Shown in pieces: positions 52,049 to 64,000 of a stretch of DNA of 64,000 bases; the stretch's first letter is position 1; each line of letters opens with the position of its first letter. The position numbers and the translations under genes are program-made. The notes below the pieces were generated by a model. The model did no database searches and was not told the origin of the DNA. It saw only the letters and a program-made list of their open reading frames with translations. Origin of the DNA: Squalus acanthias (Eukaryota); assembly GCA_030390025.1 (NCBI GenBank), contig CM059432.1, forward strand, positions 108,378,001 through 108,442,000, given 5' to 3'.

Positions 52049-52237
52049 CCTATCTTCTATGTTTCTATAAAACTTCCTGGAACTCCCTCTCTAACAGCTC
52101 TGTGGGAGTACCTTCACCACATTGACTGCAGCGGTTCAAGGCGGCGGCGCACCACCACTTTCTCAAGGGTAATTAGGGATGGGCAATAAATGCTGGCTTT
52201 TCCAGCGACGCCCACATCCCACAAACTAATTAAAAAA
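52049..52237 (+). mobile_element. 3' end of a second LINE family
   Basis: Translates WNSLSNSSVGVPSPH*LQRFKAAAHHHFLKG, followed by agggatgggcaataaatgctggc and an A-rich tail. Confidence 0.7.
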
Positions 52238-54374
52238 AGTGCAAACTGGCCTTACTCCCTCCTGTCCTGCTCCTGGCTACATCTTTTGCTAACTGGCTAT
52301 GTCCACTTATGTCTCTTGCTATACTCTGCCAAATGCATGCCAGCAGCCCCCCCACCCCGAACAGTTCCAGACTATCTCTGACTCTTGCTCTGCTCTTCCC
52401 TGTCCTGCTAGAAATGTTGGTCAGCTCCTAATAAGTCAAGGCTCTGGACATATGCATCAGTGTCTGCAGCAGTGACAGTCATTTGGGTGGAATATTAGGG
52501 CTGTTTTTTTTTTGATTGCTCTTATAAAACCTTGAGGAACACGACGTGGCATCTGCTAGCCATCTTCTAAAAGTTGTGTGTAGCGCACACACTGTCTCCA
52601 AGTGTCACATGTGCTTCCTGTAACATATCTATTGTTGTAAAACAGTAATTCCTCCAACTCACCATGAGCAATGCCACGGGAATATCAATATATATATATA
52701 AATAAAGTACATTACATATTATACATAATACCTGCTCCTTCCAGTAGGAGATTTCCTTCCAGTAGGAGATATACAAAATAACTTTGCTCATCACCGTTAT
52801 AACTAAAGTTGATTTGATAGAAGACAAATCATTTTGTTGCGAAAAATATAACTAGTGCAGAATTTATCATAAGAGACTTGACAGTCAAACCCCTAAACTT
52901 AGGCTGCAAAATACTGACAAAATACCCTTAAGCATGGATTTTGTCAGCTTTTCGATTAGGTATTCCTAACTATTAGGAGAGCCTTTTATAATCGTATCCG
53001 TTTTGGTAAAGCCGTCTCCCTCAGCATCCATCACGCCAGCTTCCACTGCTCGGATACCCAACAGAAGCCAGAGTAATCAATCAGCTAATGGGTCATTTGT
53101 AAAGCTTGCCTTGCTAACAAATAGGTAATTGATTCTTTTGCAAATGTTGCATCCCCACGGAAAATCTGCTTTGGAAGTGTGTACTGTAAGAAAAAAATAC
53201 ACAATAGCTGGAAGGAGAGTGTGTGACTGTTTTGCAGAGGAGAGGGGGGGGGGGGGGGGGGCAAGTGAGGGAAGAAAGAGGGTGTTGCGCAAAGCCAAAG
53301 TGAAGGAAGTAACTGGTGGGATCCTATAGTGCAATAGGTTTCTGACAAGTTTTATAGTACCATCAGCTGTATGCAATACTGCAAAGTTACATACTGCCTT
53401 TTAACATTTTTTGACATTCTTTTAACCGTTATTTTAAGGCGGGTGTTTAACCCATTTTAAATAAACAGCTCTGTATGGGGAATATCACAACAGTGTGTTG
53501 TGTTCACTGCCAATATTGCCATTATGTTCTTGGGTATTTTCTAACCCTTTACCCTAGCTAATTTTGCTCTCATTTTAAATCACTCCCACGAGCAAGTCCC
53601 TTTGAGCGCGCCCACCCAAGCCTCGAGTTGTGGGTAAGCTTTCAATAATGTGCAGGAGAACTGTGAAGCACTTTGGGACATCCGGAGGTCATGAAAGGCG
53701 CTATATAAATGCAAGTTTTTCCTTCTAACAAAGTTGGATGGAAAGTGGCCAAACTCCAGGACTGCTAGGCCTCATACGCCACATGCTTGTAAAATAAACC
53801 TGCTTAAATAGGGAGCCTTAACACCTCGGAGATCACATTTTAAATCTATTTGTTTAAGCTGTAAATGCTAATTAATTCTGTGGCAAAGAAAATGGCTTGG
53901 AGGAGTAATCATAACTGGCAATACAAAGGAGCTAAATTAACATACATAGTTAAATGACAAGATCACTGAACTACAATTGAGTTAATTACTGTAACTCTGC
54001 TGGTGTTGATGCAGCTCCTTCGCACCATTGCACTCAGCAACTGCTCTCAGCCAGTTCTTTGGATGACGCCAAGGGCAAGACTTCAAAATAGCTTTGAAAC
54101 CAAAATCATTAGAATTTTTGGCAACTGTTTGATGCTTTTAAAGGGGGAGGGGGTATTTTATGGTAATAATCCATCTTTTAAGGAACATGTTGAGATTGAG
54201 CAGAACAATATATTTATAAATCCTGGTGCATGCACCAGCTTGTACTCAGCTGTTCTTTTGAAGCAATGAACTTCTTCTGCAGTACCAGTGGTGAGATTGC
54301 ATAAAAAAGCCTAAAAGATTACACAAGGATGTCACTCAGGCTGTACTGTTCTAACTCGACCTCACTCTCTCAAA

Positions 54375-54555
54375 AGGCTGAGGATGCTAGGACAATTGGA
54401 GCTTTCAAGACAGAGATCAATAGATTTTTGTTAGCCAAGGGTATCAAGGGGTATGGAGCAAAGGCGGGTAAAAGGAGTTGAGAAACAGATCAGCCATAGT
54501 CTAATTAAACGGCGGGACAGGCTCGAGGGGCTGAATGGCCTACTTCTGTCCCTAG
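54375..54555 (+). mobile_element. CR1 3' terminal fragment
   Basis: Matches the shared CR1 3' end (gatcagccat...gaatggcctact). Confidence 0.75.
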
Positions 54556-56520
54556 AACTGGGTGTTAAATTTTTACTCAATTTATTTCAGCCTCTCTACT
54601 TTAGATTATGCAGATTAGGGAGTCCCAACTCCCTATGCCTTTGCGAATGTCCTTACTAGCCTCGATATCTAGGTCAGCTTTCAGTAATGTGCTCCAGGAT
54701 AACAAATGTTTCCGTTACTCATTTTTAGCTACTGAAATTATCCTATGCCTCTGTAGGTTCTCTCCCATCTTCAATGGGTGACAGAGTATTACAACTTAAG
54801 AGCTTGTTTTAAGCTCAAACTATTACATGAATTTATTTTTACAAAAGATGAACAAGTGAATAACTAACTAATATATTTACAGCAGAAATCCTTCTATCTA
54901 GGTCCTCAAAAGTAAAACAATGAAAGGTCACAGTCTAACACTAAACAATTCTTTCACAGACTACTCTGATGTAAGCAGTGTTTCTTTCCTCGTATTTCTT
55001 ATTGCTGTGAGAGCTGATGCTGCCTTAATCTATTCTCTTAAATTCCAAAATAGCTCAAAAATTCAAACACCTATATCCCCGAAACAGTTACAGGGAGTTC
55101 GTGGATTTGAATAACTGTCAACCACATCCAAAAATACGTGTAACTAAATAAATCATAAGTCCTTTGTTTGTTCGAAAGTAGATTGGCTCCTCCCTGAAGC
55201 TTTGCAGACAATCAAACAAACCTTGAAACATTTGGATCAACTCAAGCCTGGTATAAGATTTGTCTGCAGCTGACTTTAAAAGCCTTACATTCAGGATGGT
55301 TTTAAAGGGACAGCCACCGATCTAAAACTGCACAAAAATGCGTAATTCTGTGTCACTCTGGGAAAGGGAGGGAAGAGAGCAAGTAATGCCAACACATTGT
55401 GGAAGAACTTACGCAGCTAGCCACAACCTAAATGAACACCTCACTCTTTAATCTCGTATTTGCTGGTTTAATTAATTAAGCTGAACGTTCACTGCTCTAT
55501 AAGTAACGCTATGACTTTTATCCTTGATAATGTTAACATTTATTAGCTTTCTAAAAAGAAAATTAGCAGGCAAGATTAGCAGACTCGACACGAATTGAAT
55601 GACAAACTAAAAACAGTGAAATCCAATGTTTTCCTCATTTAAAAGCAAAAATATTTAAGGATCTATTGCAGTAAAAATTTTGGAACAAAATTACATTTAA
55701 CTTGTACAAATAATATAAAAATAAATACAGAAAGTAGCAACTCTACTCAAAACAGATTTAGAGGATCCTTGAGGTTTTTTTTGAGTTCTCCAAATGCAGA
55801 GCTTTCAGGAAAATAAAGAAATTATATGGTGGAGTTACTAGTGTACGAATGTTTAAAATATTCATCAGAAATTCTCTCTCCATTATTTTAAGGGAGTGAA
55901 TATTGATACCACTGTATCAAACAATGAGTTGGAGGCAGGGTGGGACTGGAGAGTCTCCAAACACATGACTGGAACGACAGTAAACAGTCTCCCAAGCACA
56001 GCAGAATTATTTCTCTTCACTGCAAAAATTGAAGTCCCAGTTATTTACTTCCAGGCGTGATTGACGGGGGAATTACCCAATCATCTCCATTCTGGGTGGG
56101 ACGTGTAGTATCACTATATGCTGCCTTATTTTAATGGAGTGGTTAATCCGTTTAAAATAAAAGGGAATAATGATAGAGGGAGGAGTTTCCGACTCAGTCA
56201 TTTTGTGCCTGTATACTATCAGAGCACAGCTTCATTTAAAAGCCAGAGAAGTCAATCTAAATTTTGTCTGATATCCAGATAGTTAACCTTTTACGAGCAA
56301 AGCGCTTTACAGGCAATTAAGTACTTTTGAAGTAAAGTCACTGTTGTAATGTAGGAAATGTGGTAGGCAATTTGAGCACAGCAAGCTCCCACATGGAATG
56401 GAAAGGAAAATTGGGTGGCGTATATAATGAGCGGCCGATCCACTACAGCCCATTTTACACTCCCAGCCAAAGTTGAAAGTTCCATCCAAGCCTCCTACAT
56501 GAAATGAGTTTGTACAAGCT

Positions 56521-56672
56521 CAAATTAAAAACCAGTTCTGACAAAAGGTCATCGACCTGAAACGTTAACTCTGTTTCTCTCACCACAGATGCTGCCTGAC
56601 CTGCTGAGTATTTCCAGCATTTTCGGTTTTAATTTCAGATTTCCAGCATCTGCAGTATTTGCTTTCGTTTTA
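56521..56672 (+). mobile_element. Mini Penelope-derived terminal insertion with hammerhead-like motif (56534-56570)
   Basis: Homologous to 31025-31160. Flanked by the 11-bp direct repeat ttgtacaagct (56510-56520, 56673-56683). Core reads CTGACAA...GAAAC GTT. Confidence 0.82.
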
Positions 56673-56725
56673 TTGTACAAGCTGATCCCTGATCCTAGTG
56701 GGGATAGATACACAGCACATATCTG

Positions 56726-59105
56726 ACAACAACAACTTGCATTTATATAGCGCCTTTAACATAGTAAAACATCCCAAAGCGCGTCACAGGAGCGTAATCA
56801 GACAAAAAGGGACACAGAGCCAAAGGAGACATTAGGACAGGTGACCTAAAACTTAGCAAAATAGATAGGTTTTAACAACAAATTGTATTTATATAGTGCC
56901 TTTAACGTAGTAAAACATCCCAAGGCGCTGCACAGGAGTGCTATAAAACAAAAAATTTGACACTGAGCCACATAAGGAGAAATTTGGGCAGGTGACCAAA
57001 AGCTTGGTCAAAGAGGTAGGTTTTAAGGAGCGTCTTAAAGGAGGAAAGAGAGGTAGCGAATTCCAGAGCTTAGGGCCTAGACAACAGAAGGCACGGCTAC
57101 CAAATGTTGAGCGATTGTAATCAGGGATGCTCAAGAGAGCAGAATTAGAGGAGCGCAGATATCTCGGGGGGGGGGGGGCTGAAGGAGATTACAGAGATAG
57201 GGAGGGGCGAGGCCATGGAGGGATTTGAAAACAAGGATGAGAATTTTGAAATTGAGGCATTGCTTAACCGGGAGCCATTGTAGGTCAGCGAGCACAGGGG
57301 AGATGGGCGAATGGGACTTGGTGCGAGTTAGGACATGGGCAGCCGAGTTTTGGATGACCTCAAGTTTACGTAGGGTAGAACGTTGGAAGGCCAGCCAGGA
57401 GTGCGTTGGAATAGTCAAGTCTAGAGGTAACAAAGGCATGGATGAGGGTTTCAGCAGCGGATGAGCTAAGGCAAGGGTGGAGACGGGCAATGTTATGGAG
57501 GTGGAAATAGGCGGTCTTTGTTATGCTGCGGATATGTGGTCAGAAGCTCATTTCGGGGTCAAATATGACACCAAGGTTGCAAACAGTGTGGTTCAGCCTC
57601 AGACAGATGTTAGGGAGAGGGATGAAGTCAGTGGCTAGAGAACGGAGTTTGTGGCGGGGACCGAAAACAATGGCTTCGGTCTTCCCAATATTTAATTAGA
57701 GAAAATTTCTGCTCATCCAGAACTGGATGTCGGACAAGCAGTCTGACAATTTAGAGACCCTGGAGGGGTTGAGAGAAGAAGTAGTGAGGTAGAGCTGGGT
57801 GTCGTCAGTGTACATGTGGAAAGTGACGCTGTGTTTTCAGATGATGTCGCCAAGGGGCAACATGTAGATGAGAAATAGGAGGGGGCCAAGGATAGATCCT
57901 TGGGGGACACCAGAACGATGCGGGAGCGGGAAGAGAAGCCGTTGCAGGTGATTCTCTGGTTACGATTAGATAGATAAGAATGGAACCAGGCGAGTGCAGT
58001 CCCACCCAGCTGGACGGCGGTGGAGAGGTGTTGGAGAAGGATGGAGTGGTCAACCGTGCCAAAGGCTGAGACAAGTCAAGAAGGACGAAGAGGGATAGTT
58101 TACATTTGTCACAGTCACAAAGGATGTCATTTGTGACTTTGATGAGAGCCGTTTCGGTACTGTGGCAAGGGCGGAAACCTGATTGAAGAGATTCAAACAT
58201 GGAATTGCGGGAAAGATGGGCACGGATTTGGGAGGCAACAACACGTTCAAGGACTTTGGCGAGGAAAGGGAGGTTGGAGATGGGGCGGTAGTTTCCAAGG
58301 ACGGAGGGATCAAGGTTTGATTTTTTTGAGGGGTGATGACGGAAGATTTGAGGGAGAGGGGGACAGTACCTGAGGAGAGACAACCGTTAACAATATCAGC
58401 TAACATGGGAGCCAGAAAAGGAAGTTAGGTGGTCAGCAGTTTGGTGGGAATAGGGTCAAGGGAGCAGAAAGTGGGTCTCATGGACAAGATGAGCGCAGAG
58501 AGGTCATGAGGGGAGATCGGAGAGAAACTGGAGAAAGATGGGAGTTCAGGGCTAGGGCAGGGGGGAACCTTAGAGGAAGTTTGGCCCAGTGGGCTAGGGG
58601 AAGGAAGGGAAGTGATAGAGGCAGCTGAATGGATTGTCTCAATCTTAGAGACAAAAGTCCATGAGCTCCTCACACTTGTTGTCGGAGGTGAGGGTGGAGG
58701 AGACGGGAGAGGGGTTTAAGAAGACGGTTAGCAGTAGAGAATAGGAGCCGGGGTTTATCTTTACATTCCAGAATGATTCTGGAATACTGAGCAATTTTGG
58801 TAGAGGAGAGCAGGGCCCGATAGTGCTTTATGTGGTCCAGCCAGATCTGGCGGTGAATGGCTAAACCAGTTGTCCGCCATATCCGTTCAAGTCTGCGTCC
58901 GCGTCCCTTGGACTTAAGGGAGCAAAGATGAGGGCCGTACCAGGGGGAGCGGCCAGGGTGAGAGAGAGTAATTGTTTTAATAGGGACTAGGGCATCAAAG
59001 GTGGTGGTGGTGAGGGTGTGGTTGAGCAGATCGGAAGCTGCAGAAATGTCATGGTGAATGGAGGGCCAAAGGCTGGACAGTTAGGATTTCATAAGTGCAG
59101 TTAAG
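56726..59105 (-). mobile_element. L2-clade LINE fragment with an extra L2-type 3' tail (56726-56875)
   Basis: LDPIPTKLL, NYRPISNLPFLAKVLERVVASQI, QSGFRPCHSTETALIKVTNDIL, IQNSAAHVLTR...LQWLPVK; (ttg)n tail. Confidence 0.9.
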
Positions 59106-59582
59106 GAGCGTATTAAAGGAGGAGAGGGAGGTGGAGACAGACAATATTCAAAATATTTATGTCTTAGGTTAACATGACGCTCCTAATGGCAGTCCAATAA
59201 TGAAGCACACGTAGCACGTTGGTGGGATAAGGCATTGATTCAAACCTTCACTTTTCCCATTCCTAGTCTCAGTTGAGCTGTTAGAGGGTCAGATGGGGAG
59301 CAAAGAAGGAAAGATAAATAATTGAAAAGGGCAGTCGATCTGGACCTCTCTCAAGAAGCTTCTTGTGGCCAGCTCTGGAGCAGTATTGGAAGAGACCTCA
59401 GAGCAGATTTCCTGCTCATCCTTTCAAAGGGGGTGTGGGGAATTCTATACACTCAGGTGGTGCCAGAGGTGGAAAGAGTAGGGGCCTTAAAAGATGGGTA
59501 GGAGAAAACCAATTCGAAGTGAGTGGAGAACTGAAAAGATGTTGCACTAGCAGTTTTTGAAACATTACCACATTATACTTAC

Positions 59583-59660
59583 AATGTCAAAACGTTGCGT
59601 CACATCCCCCTGAACATCCAGCAAATAGACCTTGCCATGATGTGTCCCCAGTGCCAAAAA
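59583..59660 (-). CDS. VPS41: VPS41 coding exon (78 nt; FLALGTHHGKVYLLDVQGDVTQRFDI)
   Basis: Acceptor ttttgtttcag, donor gtaagt. Matches human FLALGTHYGKVYLLDVQGNITQKFDV; in frame with flanking exons. Confidence 0.97.
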
Positions 59661-60409
59661 CTGAAACAAAACAGGGGTACAGTGAAATTTATTTAGCTTA
59701 TATGCAATCCTGATTCACTTCTATCAACAGGAACCATTTACTTTGCTTCACATAAAAAGCTTACAGGTAACTCTACTGCTATTACAAAACAATTCATATG
59801 AAAATCAAACTTCTATACCTGTCTCCTTACAGTCCTGGAATGATTTGTAAATCACCCAGACATGCCATGCCAAGTATATAGCAGGGGGAATGGAGGTGTC
59901 AATACGCTGTTTCTATCAGACAAGGAGCTATCCAATACCCTCGTTATATTACAACACTGCCAACGACGGTTGCCCCAACTTTGGCGCTGGCGATTTAATG
60001 CAAACCAGGTAACACTGCTGAAACATTATGCCTGATCACCAGCTTCCAGGCAACTGCGCAGGTGTAAAGCTTGCACGTACGATTGTTTTTCCACTCGTGG
60101 CGGCGAGTCCACACCACAGTGGAGATCGAGCAGATTTTAAGCACTGGCAGCTCCAGGGCACTGCAGAAACACTTCTCCTTGAAGGGACTCCGAGAACTAA
60201 AAGGGGTCCATAAGAAGCCCCCAATCCTCACCTCATCTGCAGAAACAGATGGATTATGCAGTGGAGATCCTTTCTCAATTCCAGCATGTGCATTCAAGTC
60301 ACCCCTGATCAAACAATGGCTGTACTTGAATTAGTGCATTCTTGTCACTATATCCAAGATTATCTATAACACAAGCTCGAAAACAGAAGATGAACAAGAG
60401 CACATTGCA

Positions 60410-60537
60410 AACAACAACAGAAAACGCTGGAAAAACTCAGCAGGTCAGGCAACATCCGTGGAGAGAGAAACAGAGTTAACGTTTCAGGTCGAAACCCTTC
60501 GTCAGAACTGAGAAAAAAGCAGGAATTTTGCTATCGT
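60410..60537. mobile_element. Mini Penelope-derived insertion with internal inversion and 14-bp TSD
   Basis: 60410-~60512 is the reverse complement of ~31023-31122. 60525-60537 (attttgctatcgt) is the direct PLE 3' terminus. TSD aagagcacattgca at 60396-60409 and 60538-60551. Confidence 0.88.
60474..60509 (-). ncRNA. Minimal type I hammerhead ribozyme with intact core, sense to the VPS41 pre-mRNA
   Basis: Minus strand AGUU-CUGACGA-AGG(GUUUCGA)CCU-GAAAC-GUU^AACU; all conserved core positions present. Confidence 0.78.
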
Positions 60538-62130
60538 AAGAGCACATTGCATCTGCATTGCCCTGTAGTTCCCTGGTACACTGAAAATCAAATCACTTAA
60601 ATAAAAAAATATATTTGCCCATTTTAAGGATGCTTTTAAATTCCAAACCCTTCAGAACATTTGTATACAGAACTAAAGAAATTCACAAGCCACAATAAAA
60701 TCACAGCAATTCTTTATACTCTCATGTGCCTTTCATATTACAATTTTGCTATCTTATATACACTGTGGCTTGTAGTGTTCCCCACTGTACCTATAATTCT
60801 GTTTATACACAATGTTCAAAAAACCATTGTTTTGCTGTATCATAATGAGTAGCTTTTTTTCTAATTACTTCAGCAATGTTCACCTTCCTCGTTAAAAAAA
60901 ACAAAACATTTTCTCCTTAATTCAGTGACATCTTTACTCAAAATGAGGCTTTTGGGCCAATACGATTGGGCAAGTACTGGTTACCTGTCAGAATGAGTCA
61001 CGAGGAAGCCTCATCTACTGACAACAAATTGTTTCTTTGCAGCTTGTGCACACTCACTGATGAACTGTGGCAGCAAATTAAAAGTGTAGCATTAAAACAA
61101 GAGCAAGACACACATGCACAGCAAGGATGAGGAAATGTTTGCGGCATTATTTAACGGAGACAGAGTTATAGCTGTGTAAAATAAATGTAATGATTCAAAA
61201 GAGCTGAAAATGTAGAGTTCTGAGAATGGTTGATAAAAAATTAAAATACATAACCAAACATTCAGGATTTTAACAAGCACATAAAGTAACATTTTAAACA
61301 TTCTTGACTTTAAAAAATAATGGAATAATAAACAGGGAATCAATACATTTGAGTTCAACGCATTAACCAAATTCTGGGGCAACTCAAATTACAGTCTTTC
61401 TGTGCATCTGAGCATGCTTGATTGGAGGCTCTAATGAAATGCTCATATTTACAGGCACTACCAAGCATGTCAGTCAACCAGCACCATCTAAAAAATAACC
61501 TTCCATTAACTCGAGGTTTAAAAAGGATTTATCAAGATGGAATTGCTAAACTGAAAATTAAATTCAGGCACTTATAACATGAACCTGCATTAAAGAGGAG
61601 AAAAGGAAGAAGAGGCTCATTACAAATTCAGCCCGGCAATGTCTTTCGCCCCTGCAAGGTTGCTTTTTTTTCCAGGAAGAAGAAAGTCCCCCGGGTAAAG
61701 AAAATCAATACTGGTTAATAAAACATCAGGTGTGCAGACATAACTAGGTATGACTATTCCACTGCACAAGCCTGCTTGACTGCACCAGGTGCCATGACGA
61801 TTAGTCATCTAGTACAGACTGATGCTCGTGAAAATATGATGCTTTAGAAAGGGAAAGTGGCTACTCGAAAGAGGGGAAGAAAATTTTGACTAGATACTGA
61901 ACACTGAATTGTGTGAAACCCACATGTTTTATCAAAACATAATCATCGCTGCTTGATATGAATCACAACGAAATGGATGGGCTATGCATACAGTTTTCAA
62001 TTATTCACCATTAGCTTTTAACAGCTCTATAATTTGCATAGCATGCTTTGGTGTCCTTAAAAAGTGTATTAGGTAAATTAAATTTTTTGAAAATTAGACA
62101 TTTTTGAAAATGTTGGAACAAAGAGGCTAC

Positions 62131-62238
62131 CTTATCATGCACAGTCATACAACTTGCTGCATCTTTCTGCAGAATTTCTGTCACTCCATTAGCCAGTCTT
62201 TCATATTTAAGCTTTGGCTCCTCTTCACTGTCTTCCTC
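62131..62238 (-). CDS. VPS41: VPS41 coding exon (108 nt; EEDSEEEPKLKYERLANGVTEILQKDAASCMTVHDK; probably equivalent to human exon 3)
   Basis: Minus strand: acceptor ...tcttgaacacag, donor gtagcc. Translation is nearly identical to recalled human VPS41 (EEESEEEPKLKYERLSNGVTEILQKDAASCMTVHDK). Phase 0. Confidence 0.97.
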
Positions 62239-62904
62239 CTGTGTTCAAGAGAATAAAAAAATCAACGGCTAAATAAACTGATAATTTCCAGGTTTTACTC
62301 TATTAAAACCACGAAGACAATTACTTAGGAACTCCCACAATCCCAGGACAACCATGAATTATTGATTGTCTGCCAGGATTCCACCTAGGGGAAATTAAAG
62401 TGGCAGGCCAACTACTTATAATTTCTTGAGTCCACCAAATAAGCTCATGTGACCTGTTCAGGCATGTGCAGTAATATTTTATTAACATATGGCTACTATA
62501 GTGAGTAACACTTTCTGCATAGTTTTAACACGATTGACAAGATCTAAAAAAATTTCACTCACTGAAAACAACTAATCCATGTCACGGCATTGCTCCTTTG
62601 TATAATGTTTTTTGTGGAACGGAGTGATGGATGACTGTGCTAGGGAAAGGAATATTCTTTTCTTCAAACAACTGACAATGCCAAGCTCTAAGATTAGAAA
62701 TAAAGGCCAGGGAGCCATCTCTTTCCCCCCCCCACCCCTCCTTTCACAACTTAAACAATTCATCTCAACCCCAAGGATTGAGGACTGTTCCCCTACTGGG
62801 ATATGTCATTATTCTAATGCTGTTCAATAGCCTATACAATGCCAATTGAAAAATCCAGGCTAGAATGTTAAATTAGCACCAAATGTGCAAAAGAGGATTT
62901 TTGT

Positions 62905-63299
62905 CTCCTTAGAGTAGAGAAGATCAAGGGAAGATATAATAGAGGTGCTCAAAATTATGAAGGGTTTTTCTAGAGTAGATAGGGAAACTGTTTCCACTGG
63001 CAGGAGGGACGATAACCAGAGGAGACGGATTTAAGATAATTGGCAAAAGAACCAGAGGGTAGATGAGTAATTTTTTTTTTAATGCAGCAAGTTGCGATCT
63101 GGAATGCACTACCTGAAAGGGTGGTGAAAGCAGATTCAATAGTAATTTTCAAAAGGGAATTGGAGATATACTTTAAAAGGAAACATTTGCAGGGATATGG
63201 GGAAGGAGCGAGGAAGTGGGACTAATTGGATAGCTCTTTCAAAGACCTGGCACAGGTACGATGGGCCAAATAGAGCCCTTCTGTGCTGCTGGATTCTAT
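62905..63299 (+). mobile_element. CR1 3' fragment
   Basis: Homologous to ~33000-33417. Confidence 0.8.
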
Positions 63300-63830
63300 G
63301 GGGACGATTTTGCCTGCCCTGGGGAGGCGGGACTGCCAGGAAAATGGCAGAATTTGGGGGCGGTTACCCAACCCGCCCCCAAGCCATCTTCCTAGGAGGC
63401 GGGTAGCCGTCCCGCGCCGGGTCCCGTCTCCTTGGAGGCGGGAAGGAATTAAAGCCTATTAACTGCCTGTTAACAGGCAGAAAATAGGATTATTCCCTTT
63501 TTGCCCTCACAAGTGCGGGCTTCCCGAAGGCTCCAAAGCACACCAGCTCATCGAGGCGAGTACTGGGTCTGCGGGGGGGGGGTGCAAAAGTGGTGTGAAG
63601 TAAGTGATGGGTGCAAGAGTGTAGAGGTGAGTATCTGAGGTAAGTGCAAAGTGTTAGTAAAAGTGTACTTACCTTTGTTTCTTCCTGCAGGCTTCAGTCG
63701 CTTTGTATGCGGAGAGTCTTGGACCTCCGTGTTGCAGATGAGAGATGGCCGTTGCATTCTCAGATGCAACAACCATCTCATTTCTGTAAAAGAAAGGTGG
63801 TTGATGAGGTCTTGAATGCAAGACCTCATC
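63300..63830. mobile_element. Probable Harbinger-related remnant
   Basis: Starts ggggacgattttgcc with ggaggcggg subterminal motifs shared with 1120-1200 and 17150-17230. Minus-strand INHLSFTEMRWLLHLRM weakly resembles the transposase N-terminus. The other end is not seen. Confidence 0.45.
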
Positions 63831-64000
63831 AAACTGCAGAGAATGTCACTGACAGCTTCATAGAGCTGTCAAACGATGACAATTTGTCAAAAAAAAATTT
63901 ATTAAGTTGTTTTTTGGAAAATCTTATCAACTGATCCTTTAATTTTAGAAGGTTGTTAAACATTGATGGTTAATATATTACTGTAAATGGCAAAAAGAAA

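Noticed and set aside
52737..52770. Short direct duplication ccttccagtaggagat x2 (similar case at ~3621-3655)
   Set aside because: Ordinary slippage duplication with no further structure.
63672..63720. Minus-strand donor (aag|gtaagt) as the upstream VPS41 exon
   Set aside because: Translation does not resemble the acidic VPS41 N-terminus and it lies in a probable transposon remnant.

Overview
Eukaryotic, almost certainly cartilaginous-fish (shark/ray) genomic DNA, judged from HE1/V-SINE, Deu-domain SINE and HER1/CR1 LINE content. The window lies inside the host gene VPS41 (HOPS complex subunit) on the minus strand. Five short phase-0 GT-AG exons, not resolved by the ORF track, join into 130 aa matching the VPS41 N-terminus. 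They are separated by 2.5-27 kb introns packed with nested mobile elements: many CR1 LINEs (one full-length, mostly antisense to VPS41), an L2, an RTE fragment, a young Penelope-like element (RT + GIY-YIG), an internally deleted two-gene Harbinger (Myb/SANT + DDE transposase) with several MITEs, a hAT/Charlie remnant and several SINEs. The most interesting signal is a set of Penelope-derived terminal modules carrying minimal hammerhead ribozyme motifs. Two are tiny (128 and 152 bp) insertions with long target-site duplications, and one has an intact catalytic core in the sense orientation of the VPS41 pre-mRNA. I cannot claim a wholly new system from sequence alone. Family names come from recalled consensus features, not database searches, and boundaries of old repeats are approximate.
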